Source of the DNA: Myxococcota bacterium
GTDB lineage: Bacteria; Myxococcota_A; Bradymonadia; UBA7976; UBA1532
Length of the DNA: 64,000 nt
Direction of reading: 5' to 3'
Assembly: GCA_036337435.1 (NCBI GenBank)
Contig: JAYZEG010000001.1
Coordinates: 32,001 to 96,000, forward strand
Shown: positions 30,428 to 40,007 of the stretch, piece after piece
Numbering within the stretch: the first letter of the stretch is position 1
Layout of the letters: every line of letters begins with the position of its first letter
Program-made: the position numbers and the translations under genes
Notes under the pieces: generated by a model
Databases searched by the model: none
What the model saw: the letters and a program-made list of their open reading frames with translations, nothing else
Told to the model about the DNA's origin: nothing

Positions 30428-31348
30428 ATGAAAGACACCAACTTCAAAGTTGACGCGAAAACCCGCTTAGCTGCTGCGCTCCGGACGACTATGGGTCTGA
30501 GCAACAAAAAAGCTAAGCAAATCGTTTACACGGGAAAAGTTCGCGTCAACGGTAAGCCCGCCTTGGACCCCGCACAGATGGTCGATATAGGCCAGACCAT
30601 CGACGTAAACTGGACCCGGCCAAAACCAAAGCAAGGTCGGGTTGCGTCAGATCATCTGATTTACCGTGACGCGGAGTTGATCGTTCTCAACAAGCCGGCA
30701 GGCCTTTTATCGACGTCGACGAACCAAGCTGAACGCGACACTGCGCTGACGGTCGCGCGGACGCTATGCCGAGGCGGTAAGCCACCCCATGTCGTTCACC
30801 GACTGGACAAAGACACATCGGGTCTCATCATTTTTGCTCGCGGTACAAAAGCGGCTCGTCAGATGCGATTATTAATCGATGCGAACGAAGTTGAGCGAAC
30901 TTATTTCTGCGTAGTTGACGGTATACCAACGCCATCGGAAGGCACGATCAGCAGCACCTTAATACGCGACAATGGAAAGGGTCGTCGAGGTTCCCGGGAT
31001 GGCTCTTTTCAGGTACAACGCCCAACAAAGACTCTGTCGATAGTTACTCCAAAATATGGCAAGCACGCGATCACTCATTACCAAAGTGTAGCCCAAACGG
31101 ACGGCCGCACGGCCATGGAGGTGCGATTACAAACGGGCCGCACCCATCAAATTCGCATCCATATGGCCGAACTCGGCTGTCCACTGATCGGAGAGCGTGT
31201 CTACGCCAAACAATCCGATGCACATCGCCATGCTTTGCACGCTGGCCGGTTGAGTTTACCTCATCCATTTAAAACAGATAAATTAGCGTTCAAAGCCCCC
31301 TGGCCAGCGGACCTCGAAAAAGTGAGTCCGATTGGCGCCAATTGGTGA
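30428..31348 (+). CDS. RluA/RluD-family pseudouridine synthase with S4 domain
   Basis: NKPAG, HRLDKDTSG, TGRTHQIRIH, ALHA. Confidence 0.92.
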   Translation: MKDTNFKVDAKTRLAAALRTTMGLSNKKAKQIVYTGKVRVNGKPALDPAQMVDIGQTIDVNWTRPKPKQGRVASDHLIYRDAELIVLNKPAGLLSTSTNQAERDTALTVARTLCRGGKPPHVVHRLDKDTSGLIIFARGTKAARQMRLLIDANEVERTYFCVVDGIPTPSEGTISSTLIRDNGKGRRGSRDGSFQVQRPTKTLSIVTPKYGKHAITHYQSVAQTDGRTAMEVRLQTGRTHQIRIHMAELGCPLIGERVYAKQSDAHRHALHAGRLSLPHPFKTDKLAFKAPWPADLEKVSPIGANW

Positions 31349-31411
31349 TTTCGCGTATTAAGTTGTATGACATCGCCCGTTTTTAGATGCCCCATTGTCG
31401 GGAGGACCCAC

Positions 31412-32842
31412 ATGATCAGGCAAACCTTTTACGTTTTCATGTTCATCACCACTGTGACCCTGGGCTTGGGCTGTAATGACGAATCGACAAGTGATCGCTG
31501 CCTGGTCTCTTCGGATTGCCCGTTACCGCTGGTCTGCTACGGCGCAATCGAAGCTAGTGAAAGCGAGCCCGCACGCACGGGCCGATGTATCCAAGAGTGT
31601 CGCCTGGACAGCGATTGTACCGACGGATTGTGCGTTGATTCGGTGTGCAGAACGCCGGAAGGCAGTTGCCGAACCAATGCTGATTGTGTGGTATTTGGCC
31701 GAACCTGTGATCCCGGGAGCCGACGTTGCGTGGCTCCCTGCGGACCGAACGCCAGTTGTCCCCAGGGGACACGGTGCGTGAATGACCAGTGCCAATCCAC
31801 AGGCGCGATGGGTGACGTCCTGCCGCCTCAACCTATGCCCGATGCACGACCCGTCCGAGATCGGGGACAACCACGTGACGCAGCCAGCCGACCAATGGAT
31901 GCGCGCGCTCAACCTCGAGATGCGGCGGTTCCAAGGCCTGACCGAGCGATGCCCACACCACCAGACATGGGCATGGTCAACCGCGGTAATGGACAATACG
32001 GTGACAATTGTCGCTGCGGGGCTGAATGCATGAGCGGGTTGTGTGTTCCCAATCCGTATCGGCAATTCGCCGGTGAATGCAGCCAGCTCTGTGGACAAGG
32101 AAATGGCTGTCCGAGTTCGGCGAGTTGTATCCAAGTATCAGTCCCTGGCCCCAGTCAAAACTGCCCGCCAGCAGGACTTCCTTTCGCAGAAGGAGAGATC
32201 ATCTCAGTGTGTGCTGTCAATGAAACCGGTATCCCCTGTCAGTCCGGTGAAAACTGCGCCATTGGGGGCGTCTGCTATCCGCCTCCAAATCCCGTCGTCG
32301 GACAAGTTGAAGTACAAGCCGCGTGCGCCGCCCCATGTACCCAAAATAATGAATGTCCCGTTGGCTTTAGCTGCCAAAGGATCCCGACTGATGGTGGACA
32401 ATTCATCAACATCTGTGCGCCTGACGCGCAAGTATTTCAATGCCCTGATGGAAGCAATCAAAGTTGCGGCGGTGTCTGTCCTATCGGACCGGCTGATGAC
32501 GAGGTCGCCATCAGTCACTGCATTGTATTAGCACCGAATCAACCAGGATATTGTTCATGCTCGTGCAGTTCTGCCGCACAATGCCCCGCCGGCTATGCAT
32601 GCAGTCGCAATGTGGTCGATACCGAGGATCCAAGACGACCCGGGATTTGCCTGCCCATTAGTGGATATACATGTCCGCTCGGAAACGAGAGTTGTTTGTC
32701 GCAGGGCTGCGCTGGGCAGCTCGATGCTGAGCTGATCAGCCGATGCACAGCCCCCTGTCGCAATTTGAATGACTGCCCAACCGGATACAGATGCATCGGG
32801 ATCCCAGGTGAGGACGGGACATATTGCGTGGCCGATCCGTAA
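31412..32842 (+). CDS. Cys-rich secreted lipoprotein with Pro/Arg/Asp linker
   Basis: Lipobox GLGC; many C-x4-C-P-x-G-x-x-C modules; QPRDAA repeated in the linker. Confidence 0.8.
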   Translation: MIRQTFYVFMFITTVTLGLGCNDESTSDRCLVSSDCPLPLVCYGAIEASESEPARTGRCIQECRLDSDCTDGLCVDSVCRTPEGSCRTNADCVVFGRTCDPGSRRCVAPCGPNASCPQGTRCVNDQCQSTGAMGDVLPPQPMPDARPVRDRGQPRDAASRPMDARAQPRDAAVPRPDRAMPTPPDMGMVNRGNGQYGDNCRCGAECMSGLCVPNPYRQFAGECSQLCGQGNGCPSSASCIQVSVPGPSQNCPPAGLPFAEGEIISVCAVNETGIPCQSGENCAIGGVCYPPPNPVVGQVEVQAACAAPCTQNNECPVGFSCQRIPTDGGQFINICAPDAQVFQCPDGSNQSCGGVCPIGPADDEVAISHCIVLAPNQPGYCSCSCSSAAQCPAGYACSRNVVDTEDPRRPGICLPISGYTCPLGNESCLSQGCAGQLDAELISRCTAPCRNLNDCPTGYRCIGIPGEDGTYCVADP

Positions 32843-33042
32843 TGACCGGGGTTCGAAACAACCCCGATTGGACGCAAAGCGGCTGTAAGCACCCAGACGT
32901 GCTTTATCAAAATGAACCTGTCTCCAAGCTTGATGAATAGCAACTTGCGAAAATAGCGGATGACGGTAAAATCAAAACAAATAGGGAGGTCAACCAGCTG
33001 TCCTGGTTGGACATTGTTGCTAAGATAAAAGGAGATACAATT

Positions 33043-33588
33043 ATGGGTCGAGCCCGCTCCGCGATTGCGGCTCGTACGAGCATTTCGGTTTTGCAAAAAG
33101 CATTACTAGAATCCTTCTCAATGAAAGAGATAGCCCAAGAAAGTCATGATGATTTCTATGACGCTGTCAATTTTTGTCGTGAAAATAGCGAAGACTTTAG
33201 TGGCGAGGATGGACAAGAGGGCTGGCACTTCTGGCAGGTCGGTGAATGGGCTATCGCGGGTGACATTAGTTTGCGTCTGTGTCGGTCCCAAGAGCAATTA
33301 GAAGCCATCAGCGCGGCGGTTGGCGACCTTGTCGCCGCAGGACTGGACAGCAGTTTCCAGTACGCATTCTTCGCCAAGCTTGAGCAAGGTGAGACCAAAA
33401 GATTACTCTTGCTCGAAGATGATGAAATTGTTGAAGAGGGCTTCGCTATCGCAGCCGAGCGTGGCCAATTTATCGATGACTTCGACGAAGAAGAGGCCGA
33501 GAGATTGTGGACCAGTTTCGGCTTACCAACATTTGAACATGACCCCATCGAAGGCCCATTTGTCTGTGTGAGTGCCCAGTCGACTTGA
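33043..33588 (+). CDS. Acidic hypothetical protein (~181 aa)
   Basis: AAGGAG RBS; protein-like composition, strongly Asp/Glu-rich. Confidence 0.7.
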   Translation: MGRARSAIAARTSISVLQKALLESFSMKEIAQESHDDFYDAVNFCRENSEDFSGEDGQEGWHFWQVGEWAIAGDISLRLCRSQEQLEAISAAVGDLVAAGLDSSFQYAFFAKLEQGETKRLLLLEDDEIVEEGFAIAAERGQFIDDFDEEEAERLWTSFGLPTFEHDPIEGPFVCVSAQST

Positions 33589-33622
33589 GGCAGCCGACGA
33601 CAGGTGCCTCCATGACGTACGT

Positions 33623-34549
33623 CTATGGACCCACATCAGACGGTCTACGTTTTTTGAAATGGTTTGTCGGACGACCCCATCGGTGTTGTCCATGGACTAC
33701 AACTGGCTTGTTTTGGCCCCTGGCGATTTTGAGGGACCATTTATGGTCAGCCAACCGATGCCTGAATGAACCCTTTTCCGTTTGCTGATACCCGTTATTC
33801 CGGGCAAGAGACTCGACTGATGCGAAGTCAACGTCCTCCGGATAGGCGATGGTAAATCGCTCGATGTCTGTGAAACTCGCTCCGAAGTGAACACCGTGAA
33901 ATCGAGAATACTCAAAGCCGAGCACAGCCTGTGTCTCTAAGGGAGCTGACCAGGCTGGCTTCTGGCCTACGAGGCTCCAAATCAGACCAGGCTTGGTTAC
34001 ATTTATCGCCCTTAAATCCGCGGTGACTTCAGTTGGGGACTCGGCTGGTTCATCGAATTTCATCACGAGTTGCCCGAACCGTTCATGAACGGCACTGAAG
34101 TGCGACTCGCCAGGCTGCACGCGCCAACCGCGCGTATGCAATTGCTGGATGACAGCACTTCTCAAAACCTGACCACGGGCAAGGGTGATCCATCGGATTC
34201 GATCCAAGCGATGGGTTGGCTTTACAACCGTCAACTGCATGTGATGGTGAATTTCAAACCCAACGATCTTATGCTTTATGCGGGATGGGATTAAGGCTGC
34301 GAGTTCAGGATTGAGTTCTTTGACGGGAGAGAGCCTGTTTTGCAGTCCATATTTGCGCTGACGCTCATGGGTTCGTTTGATATCGACAGACGCGGATTTG
34401 AGGAGGGTTTTCATTCGCGAGTCGCTGGCTTGATACTGTTTTCGTTCCTCAACCTTAGGCACCAATTCGGTCTGATTAGATTGGGTTGGTTTTGATGACT
34501 TACTACACCCTGTCAAACTCAAGATAAGTAAGATCAGAAGACACCGCAT
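33623..34549 (-). CDS. Lipoprotein of unknown function
   Basis: MRCLLILLILSLTGC lipobox; ~308 aa. Confidence 0.7.
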   Translation of the reverse strand: MRCLLILLILSLTGCSKSSKPTQSNQTELVPKVEERKQYQASDSRMKTLLKSASVDIKRTHERQRKYGLQNRLSPVKELNPELAALIPSRIKHKIVGFEIHHHMQLTVVKPTHRLDRIRWITLARGQVLRSAVIQQLHTRGWRVQPGESHFSAVHERFGQLVMKFDEPAESPTEVTADLRAINVTKPGLIWSLVGQKPAWSAPLETQAVLGFEYSRFHGVHFGASFTDIERFTIAYPEDVDFASVESLARNNGYQQTEKGSFRHRLADHKWSLKIARGQNKPVVVHGQHRWGRPTNHFKKRRPSDVGP

Positions 34550-34655
34550 GACTGACCCCATCGTTGGACTTGTGGTCTCAATATCATGCTTGAGTAACTT
34601 CGCCTATGGTCAATCAATGGGAGCAAGGCTTGAGCATCCTTGTTGGGGGTGGTAG

Positions 34656-36476
34656 ATGGGTAGAGACGCCCTTTCGCGAGCAGATGACGTGACAAAGAAA
34701 ATTCTCATAGCTGAAGATGACTTAACCATTTCTGGCGCATTGGAAGCACGGCTAAAGCGACAAGACTACGCACTCCTCTTTGTGCGCAAGGGAGATGAGC
34801 TGGTCGAGACCTTTCAGGCCGAAAAGCCCGATCTTGTCGTCATCAGCCTAACCATCGACGGAGGGACAGGGATAGACGCATGCCGAATCCTGCGGTCCAT
34901 GCCCCTCGGCGCTTTAATTCCTGTACTCTTACTGGGGACAGGAAATGAGTCCATCGCATCTGCACAGCAAGCGATCGCCATGGGTGCGGATCATTTTTTT
35001 CGCAAGCCTGAGCAGCTGACAGACTTGGTGAGTAAGGTGGAAAATTACCTGGGGCGAGGTCAGAACCAAGACCTTGACCTTCATGCGCACGACCCGATCA
35101 CAATACCTCCGCAGGCAACTCAGAGTCCCAATGAGTGGAGTGATTTAGATGATCTACTGAGGCCGGATCCCGAAATTGAGACCTCTTTCGAGACAGACTT
35201 TGCAAACACGAACAACGCACCGTCTCTCTTGGACTTAATGGTTAATTCTCAAGCCGAGACAGACCATGATAAGGCCCAATCAAATGCAGTAGATTCGGTA
35301 GAGAGTGAAACGGAGCCGATTACATCAACGGCAACATCGGCAGGCGACGTTAAACCAGCGTCTTTGGAGCTAAACAGAGCCTTCTCAGCGCCGCGAACAA
35401 TCGCTCAGCCGACCCAGAGTGACATCATTTTTGGACAACCGATCATGCTCGCTGAACGCGGGCTGGAACAGATTCTTTGGCCAATTTCAAAAATGGGGAT
35501 TAATGGTCGAATCGAAATCGCAAGTGGCGGGGTCTTGCGCCGTATTTTCTTCGATCGAGGACGGCCGATTTACGTCGATAGCAGTTCTGAATCTGAAGAC
35601 CTCGCCGCACACTTGTGCAGCGAAGGGGTGATTCCTGCCACAGCCCTCGCGCAAGCCCGACAGTATGCCCATTCGATGGGGGTCAGTGTTGACGAAGTGT
35701 TGATCGAGTCAAATCTTGTGACGGCTGGCGAAATTTACGATCGACTCAAAACCCACATCACGACAAGTCTCTTCGGCCTATTCGCCATCGAGGACGGAGA
35801 AGCCGTCGTGATCAAAGATGGACCAAAGCCACTGGATCCCATCGATTTAGGCCTTTCGATGGGCCGCTTAATTATCGATGGTATCAATCGAAAATTTGGT
35901 CGGCTTAGACTCTACCAAGTCTTTGGGACTGGTCGTTTAGTCCCAACTCGCAAAGGGGGTGCTGCAGCCGGTCAGAACAACCTTTTGACTTCAAATGAAA
36001 TGAAAATACTCGATGGTTGTGACGGCCGCCGGTCGGTTGTAGAAATTGCCAGCAGCATGAACCTCAACGACACTGATGTGCTTGCGGTTTTGTACGCATT
36101 ATCTGTCATCGGGTTCGTCGATGCGCCCGCCATCGGGTCCGGGCAGCAGTTGGCTGTCAATGAGTCCCTTCAACAGCGCGCTCTAGCCCCAAGGACAGCA
36201 GACCAGATGCCTGGCTATTCTGATTTGGTCGCATCCATGTACCAAACCATTTTGTCTACGGATTATTTCAACGTACTCGGGGTCAACCGCGGGGCCACTC
36301 AAGCAGAGCTTCGCGTCGCTTATGAGGGATTAACGCAACGCTTCAACCCCCATAGAGTGGGCCGAGATAGTCCACTTTGGTTTCAGGTCAAAGAAATTGC
36401 GACCGTTCTGGATGAAGCATATCGATTGCTCTCAAACCAGCGACTCCGGGCGCGCTATCAATCGGCGATTTCGTAA
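34656..36476 (+). CDS. Atypical receiver - DUF4388-like - DnaJ-like multidomain protein
   Basis: ILIAEDD...PDLVVIS...GADHFFRKP receiver; G.IEI....RRIFFDRGRP domain; DYFNVLGV....ELRVAY...EAYRLL J-like domain. Confidence 0.82.
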   Translation: MGRDALSRADDVTKKILIAEDDLTISGALEARLKRQDYALLFVRKGDELVETFQAEKPDLVVISLTIDGGTGIDACRILRSMPLGALIPVLLLGTGNESIASAQQAIAMGADHFFRKPEQLTDLVSKVENYLGRGQNQDLDLHAHDPITIPPQATQSPNEWSDLDDLLRPDPEIETSFETDFANTNNAPSLLDLMVNSQAETDHDKAQSNAVDSVESETEPITSTATSAGDVKPASLELNRAFSAPRTIAQPTQSDIIFGQPIMLAERGLEQILWPISKMGINGRIEIASGGVLRRIFFDRGRPIYVDSSSESEDLAAHLCSEGVIPATALAQARQYAHSMGVSVDEVLIESNLVTAGEIYDRLKTHITTSLFGLFAIEDGEAVVIKDGPKPLDPIDLGLSMGRLIIDGINRKFGRLRLYQVFGTGRLVPTRKGGAAAGQNNLLTSNEMKILDGCDGRRSVVEIASSMNLNDTDVLAVLYALSVIGFVDAPAIGSGQQLAVNESLQQRALAPRTADQMPGYSDLVASMYQTILSTDYFNVLGVNRGATQAELRVAYEGLTQRFNPHRVGRDSPLWFQVKEIATVLDEAYRLLSNQRLRARYQSAIS

Positions 36477-36492
36477 AAAGAAGGCGGTCCAA

Positions 36493-37005
36493 ATGGCCCT
36501 TTTAAAAGTATTAACCTGGCCCGACGAGATGCTGCGCACAGTCGCTAAACCGGTCGACCAGTTCGGTTCAGAGCTCGGTCAACTCATCGACGATATGTTT
36601 GAGACCATGTACGCAGAGAAAGGCGTTGGATTGGCGGCAACGCAGGTGGGTATTGACCGTCGCCTCTTGGTTGTCGATTGCGGTCATGAAGAACGCGAAC
36701 CATATGCGCTGATCAACCCAGAACTCGAATCCTGTGACGGGGAGCTGGTTTGGCCAGAAGGGTGCCTGTCAATCCCTGGAGTGCGTGCTGATGTCACCAG
36801 ACATGCTCAGGTCGTCGTTCGGTATCAAGATGGCAGCGGATGTGACAAAAAACTCAGTGCCCAGGGATTACTGGCCGTTTGCCTCCAGCATGAGATAGAC
36901 CACCTCGATGGCAAAATGTACTTTGATCGGCTGGGCTTGTTGGAACGCCAGTCGGTGTTGAATGCCTATCGTGACTATCTCGAAAACAAGGACGACCAGG
37001 TTTAA
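36493..37005 (+). CDS. def: Peptide deformylase
   Basis: GVGLAATQVG, EGCLS, QHEIDHLDG. Confidence 0.96.
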   Translation: MALLKVLTWPDEMLRTVAKPVDQFGSELGQLIDDMFETMYAEKGVGLAATQVGIDRRLLVVDCGHEEREPYALINPELESCDGELVWPEGCLSIPGVRADVTRHAQVVVRYQDGSGCDKKLSAQGLLAVCLQHEIDHLDGKMYFDRLGLLERQSVLNAYRDYLENKDDQV

Positions 37006-37007
37006 CA

Positions 37008-37949
37008 ATGACGCCGTTGAATATCTTATTTATGGGTACACCCGATTTTGCAGTCCCCTGCCTCGAGGCCTTAATGAATTCCCATCACAACGTCGTCGCG
37101 GTGGTCAGCCAGCCGGATAGGAAAGTCGGCCGGGGACGCAAACTAGCCAAGCCACCTGTGGCCGCTTTGGCCGTTGAATCAAATTGTCCACTGTTTCAAT
37201 GGGAGCGACTCAACAACGAGAGTTATAATACACTCTGTGAGTTTCCCATCGATTTGGCTGTCGTGGTCGCCTATGGGAAAATTCTACCGCAACGCTATCT
37301 GGATTTACCAAAACATGGCTGCTTGAATGTCCATTCGAGCCTGCTGCCGAAATGGCGAGGCGCAGCACCGATTCAGTGGGCTGTAATCAACGGTGACAAC
37401 CGATCAGGCGTGACCATCATGAAGCTGGATGCAGGGATGGATACGGGTGATATCGCGTCCCAGCGAGAGGTCGAAATCGGACCTGATATGACAGCCGGAA
37501 TGCTCCATGATCAGCTTGCTATCGTAGGCGCAGAGCTCCTCCTCGACGTCGTCGACTCCATCAGTGAAGGTCGAGCTCTATTTCAAACTCAAGACCATAG
37601 CAAAGCGAGCCATGCCAGACGCTTAGAAAAGAGCGATGGGCTCATTGATTGGGACCAAGACCATGCCCTCGTCCACAACCATATTCGTGGAATGAACCCA
37701 TGGCCTGGAGCCTACATCCCCAGTGAATTTGGGCCCATCAAAATCCATCGATCGACCCTGTGCCAAAACACCGGTGTACCGGGAACCATCATTGAGATTC
37801 GACCGGAGGGTCCAGTGCTCGCCTGTCGATCAGGCTCTGTGTGCCTCACTCAGATTCAAAGACCCGGTAAAAAAGCAGTGTCTGGTGGAGAATTCGTCCG
37901 CGCCTACAATCTGGCTATCGGCAAAACCATTCAGCAGGCATTATCATGA
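37008..37949 (+). CDS. fmt: Methionyl-tRNA formyltransferase
   Basis: FMGTPDFA, NVHSSLLPKWRGAAPI, MDTGD. Confidence 0.96.
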   Translation: MTPLNILFMGTPDFAVPCLEALMNSHHNVVAVVSQPDRKVGRGRKLAKPPVAALAVESNCPLFQWERLNNESYNTLCEFPIDLAVVVAYGKILPQRYLDLPKHGCLNVHSSLLPKWRGAAPIQWAVINGDNRSGVTIMKLDAGMDTGDIASQREVEIGPDMTAGMLHDQLAIVGAELLLDVVDSISEGRALFQTQDHSKASHARRLEKSDGLIDWDQDHALVHNHIRGMNPWPGAYIPSEFGPIKIHRSTLCQNTGVPGTIIEIRPEGPVLACRSGSVCLTQIQRPGKKAVSGGEFVRAYNLAIGKTIQQALS

Positions 37950-39268
37950 AAAGACGGCGGCCTGCTGATGCACGCTCAGTCGCCTTAGTCGTACTCCGGT
38001 CCCTCGAAGACGAATCGACCTTTTTGCAACTTAAGCTCGATAAGGTCGTCAAACAAGCGGGTCTAGACAGCAGAGACCGCCGGTTGGCGTGGACCCTCGT
38101 TCTGGGGACAGCCCGGTGGCGCAGCCACCTAGATGCCCAAATCGACCCCTATTTGAGAAAACGTCGACTGGACCAGCTCGAGCCGGACGTCTTGATGATT
38201 TTAAGACTGGCCACATTCCAGCTTAAATTCATGGATCGCATTCCTGAACACGCCATTGTCAATTCATCGGTTGTACTCACCAAGACATTCGTAGGTCCGA
38301 GAGCCACTGGATTTGTCAATGGACTGCTTCGCACGATGATCCGACGTCCAAAAAACATCAGCTTCTCCAACGCGGCTGATGGAATTGCGCGTCGTTATGG
38401 ACATCCTGCTTGGCTCGTAGAACGGTACCTAGACTGGATGCCAACCGATAAGACCATCGAGAGATGTCAGCTCAACAACGAACCCGCTCCACTGACGATT
38501 CGAATTTGCCATGACGCGGTCGATGAGGTGATAAACGCTTTGATGGACGAGGGCGCGACAGTCAACAAGTGCAAAGTTGCGCCCGTCGGATTTCATATTG
38601 CAGACCATCCCGATCCCTTTGGCAGTGCCAGTTTCAAGGCAAATCACTGGACCGTCCAAGACGAGGCCTCTCAATTGGTCGTTGATTTGCTGGATGTCCG
38701 TCCTCGGCAAAAGGTTTGGGACGCCTGCGCCGCACCGGGTGGTAAAGCCGCCTACATCCGCGACAAGCTGGCTGGTACAGGACACTTGCTCGCAACCGAT
38801 ATTAACGCGGATAAGGTCATGACCCTTGGCCAAACTTTAGACGGCCCAGGGGTTACAGTGAAACAACACGATGCGACCAGCCCACTTCCTCAGACCTTCG
38901 ATCGTGTTTTGGTCGACGCACCCTGCACGGCACTTGGACTCATTAGACGTCACCCAGAAATCCGATGGCGCCGGCAGGCCTCCCACGTCATCGAACGGGC
39001 GCATCAGCAAAGCCGATTGCTCGATAATGTGTCAGACCATGTCTCCAAGGGTGGGATTCTGGTCTACAGCGTGTGCAGCGACATTCCCGACGAAGGTCAG
39101 GCGATCATCGAGGCGTTCCTCGCCAAGCATCATGAGTTTGAACGTGTGCCCCCAGCCGCTGGCACCGCAACCGACGTCTTGACAGATGACGGTCTGATCC
39201 GGTTCGATCCGAATGACTTAAATTGCGACGGTTTCTTCGCTGCTCGATTGCGTAGACGTGCCGACTGA
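37946..39268 (+). CDS. rsmB: 16S rRNA m5C967 methyltransferase
   Basis: NusB-like N-terminus, VQDEASQ, DACAAPGGK, VDAPC, YSVCS, DGFF; follows fmt. Confidence 0.9.
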   Translation: MKRRRPADARSVALVVLRSLEDESTFLQLKLDKVVKQAGLDSRDRRLAWTLVLGTARWRSHLDAQIDPYLRKRRLDQLEPDVLMILRLATFQLKFMDRIPEHAIVNSSVVLTKTFVGPRATGFVNGLLRTMIRRPKNISFSNAADGIARRYGHPAWLVERYLDWMPTDKTIERCQLNNEPAPLTIRICHDAVDEVINALMDEGATVNKCKVAPVGFHIADHPDPFGSASFKANHWTVQDEASQLVVDLLDVRPRQKVWDACAAPGGKAAYIRDKLAGTGHLLATDINADKVMTLGQTLDGPGVTVKQHDATSPLPQTFDRVLVDAPCTALGLIRRHPEIRWRRQASHVIERAHQQSRLLDNVSDHVSKGGILVYSVCSDIPDEGQAIIEAFLAKHHEFERVPPAAGTATDVLTDDGLIRFDPNDLNCDGFFAARLRRRAD

Positions 39269-39307
39269 TGTACGTGTGTCTCGAACTTCATCAGGGAGAC
39301 GTTCATT

Positions 39308-39994
39308 TTGACTCATCCAATTATCGCACCGTCCATTCTCGCTGCTGATTTCGGCCACTTGTATCGCCAAGTCCAAGACGTCGTCGACGCAGGGGCCGAT
39401 TGGGTTCATTTGGACGTAATGGATGCTCATTTTGTGCCCAATCTAACCTTTGGGCCAGCCATTATAAAGGCCATCAGAGGGGCGACCGATCGCATGTTCG
39501 ATACCCATTTGATGATCGAAAACCCCGATCGTTGGGTTGAATCATATCGCCAGGCTGGTTCTGACTCCATCACTATTCACGCTGAAGCGACCCAGCATCT
39601 CCATCGCTCGGTTCAAGTGGTTCGCGATACAGGTGCTCGGGTCGGTGTGAGTCTAAACCCGCATACGCCACTCAATGTTCTGGAATACGTCCTAGATGAG
39701 CTGGACTTGGTTTTACTGATGACGGTCAATCCTGGTTTTGGCGGCCAGAGTTTTATTGAATCGGTGGTGCCAAAGATTGCAGCTCTCAAGGCGATGATCG
39801 ATGCCCGAGGATTATCTGTTGATATCCAAGTGGACGGTGGCATTAAGCCGTCCACAATCGGTGCGGCAGCCGGTGCAGGTGCCAATGTATTTGTTGCTGG
39901 TTCTGCAATTTTTGGGACTTCAAATTATGCCGAGGCCATAACAAAGCTGAGAGCAGGCGCACAAACAGCACCCTCGGTGTCAACGGCGGTTTAA
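39308..39994 (+). CDS. rpe: Ribulose-phosphate 3-epimerase
   Basis: IAPSIL, HLDVMD.HFVPN, MTVNPGFGGQ, VDGG. Confidence 0.96.
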   Translation: MTHPIIAPSILAADFGHLYRQVQDVVDAGADWVHLDVMDAHFVPNLTFGPAIIKAIRGATDRMFDTHLMIENPDRWVESYRQAGSDSITIHAEATQHLHRSVQVVRDTGARVGVSLNPHTPLNVLEYVLDELDLVLLMTVNPGFGGQSFIESVVPKIAALKAMIDARGLSVDIQVDGGIKPSTIGAAAGAGANVFVAGSAIFGTSNYAEAITKLRAGAQTAPSVSTAV

Positions 39995-40007
39995 TGTTTA
40001 ATTTGAG

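Noticed and set aside
32847..32866. tRNA T-arm-like GGGGTTCGAA
   Set aside because: No D-arm, anticodon arm or acceptor stem around it
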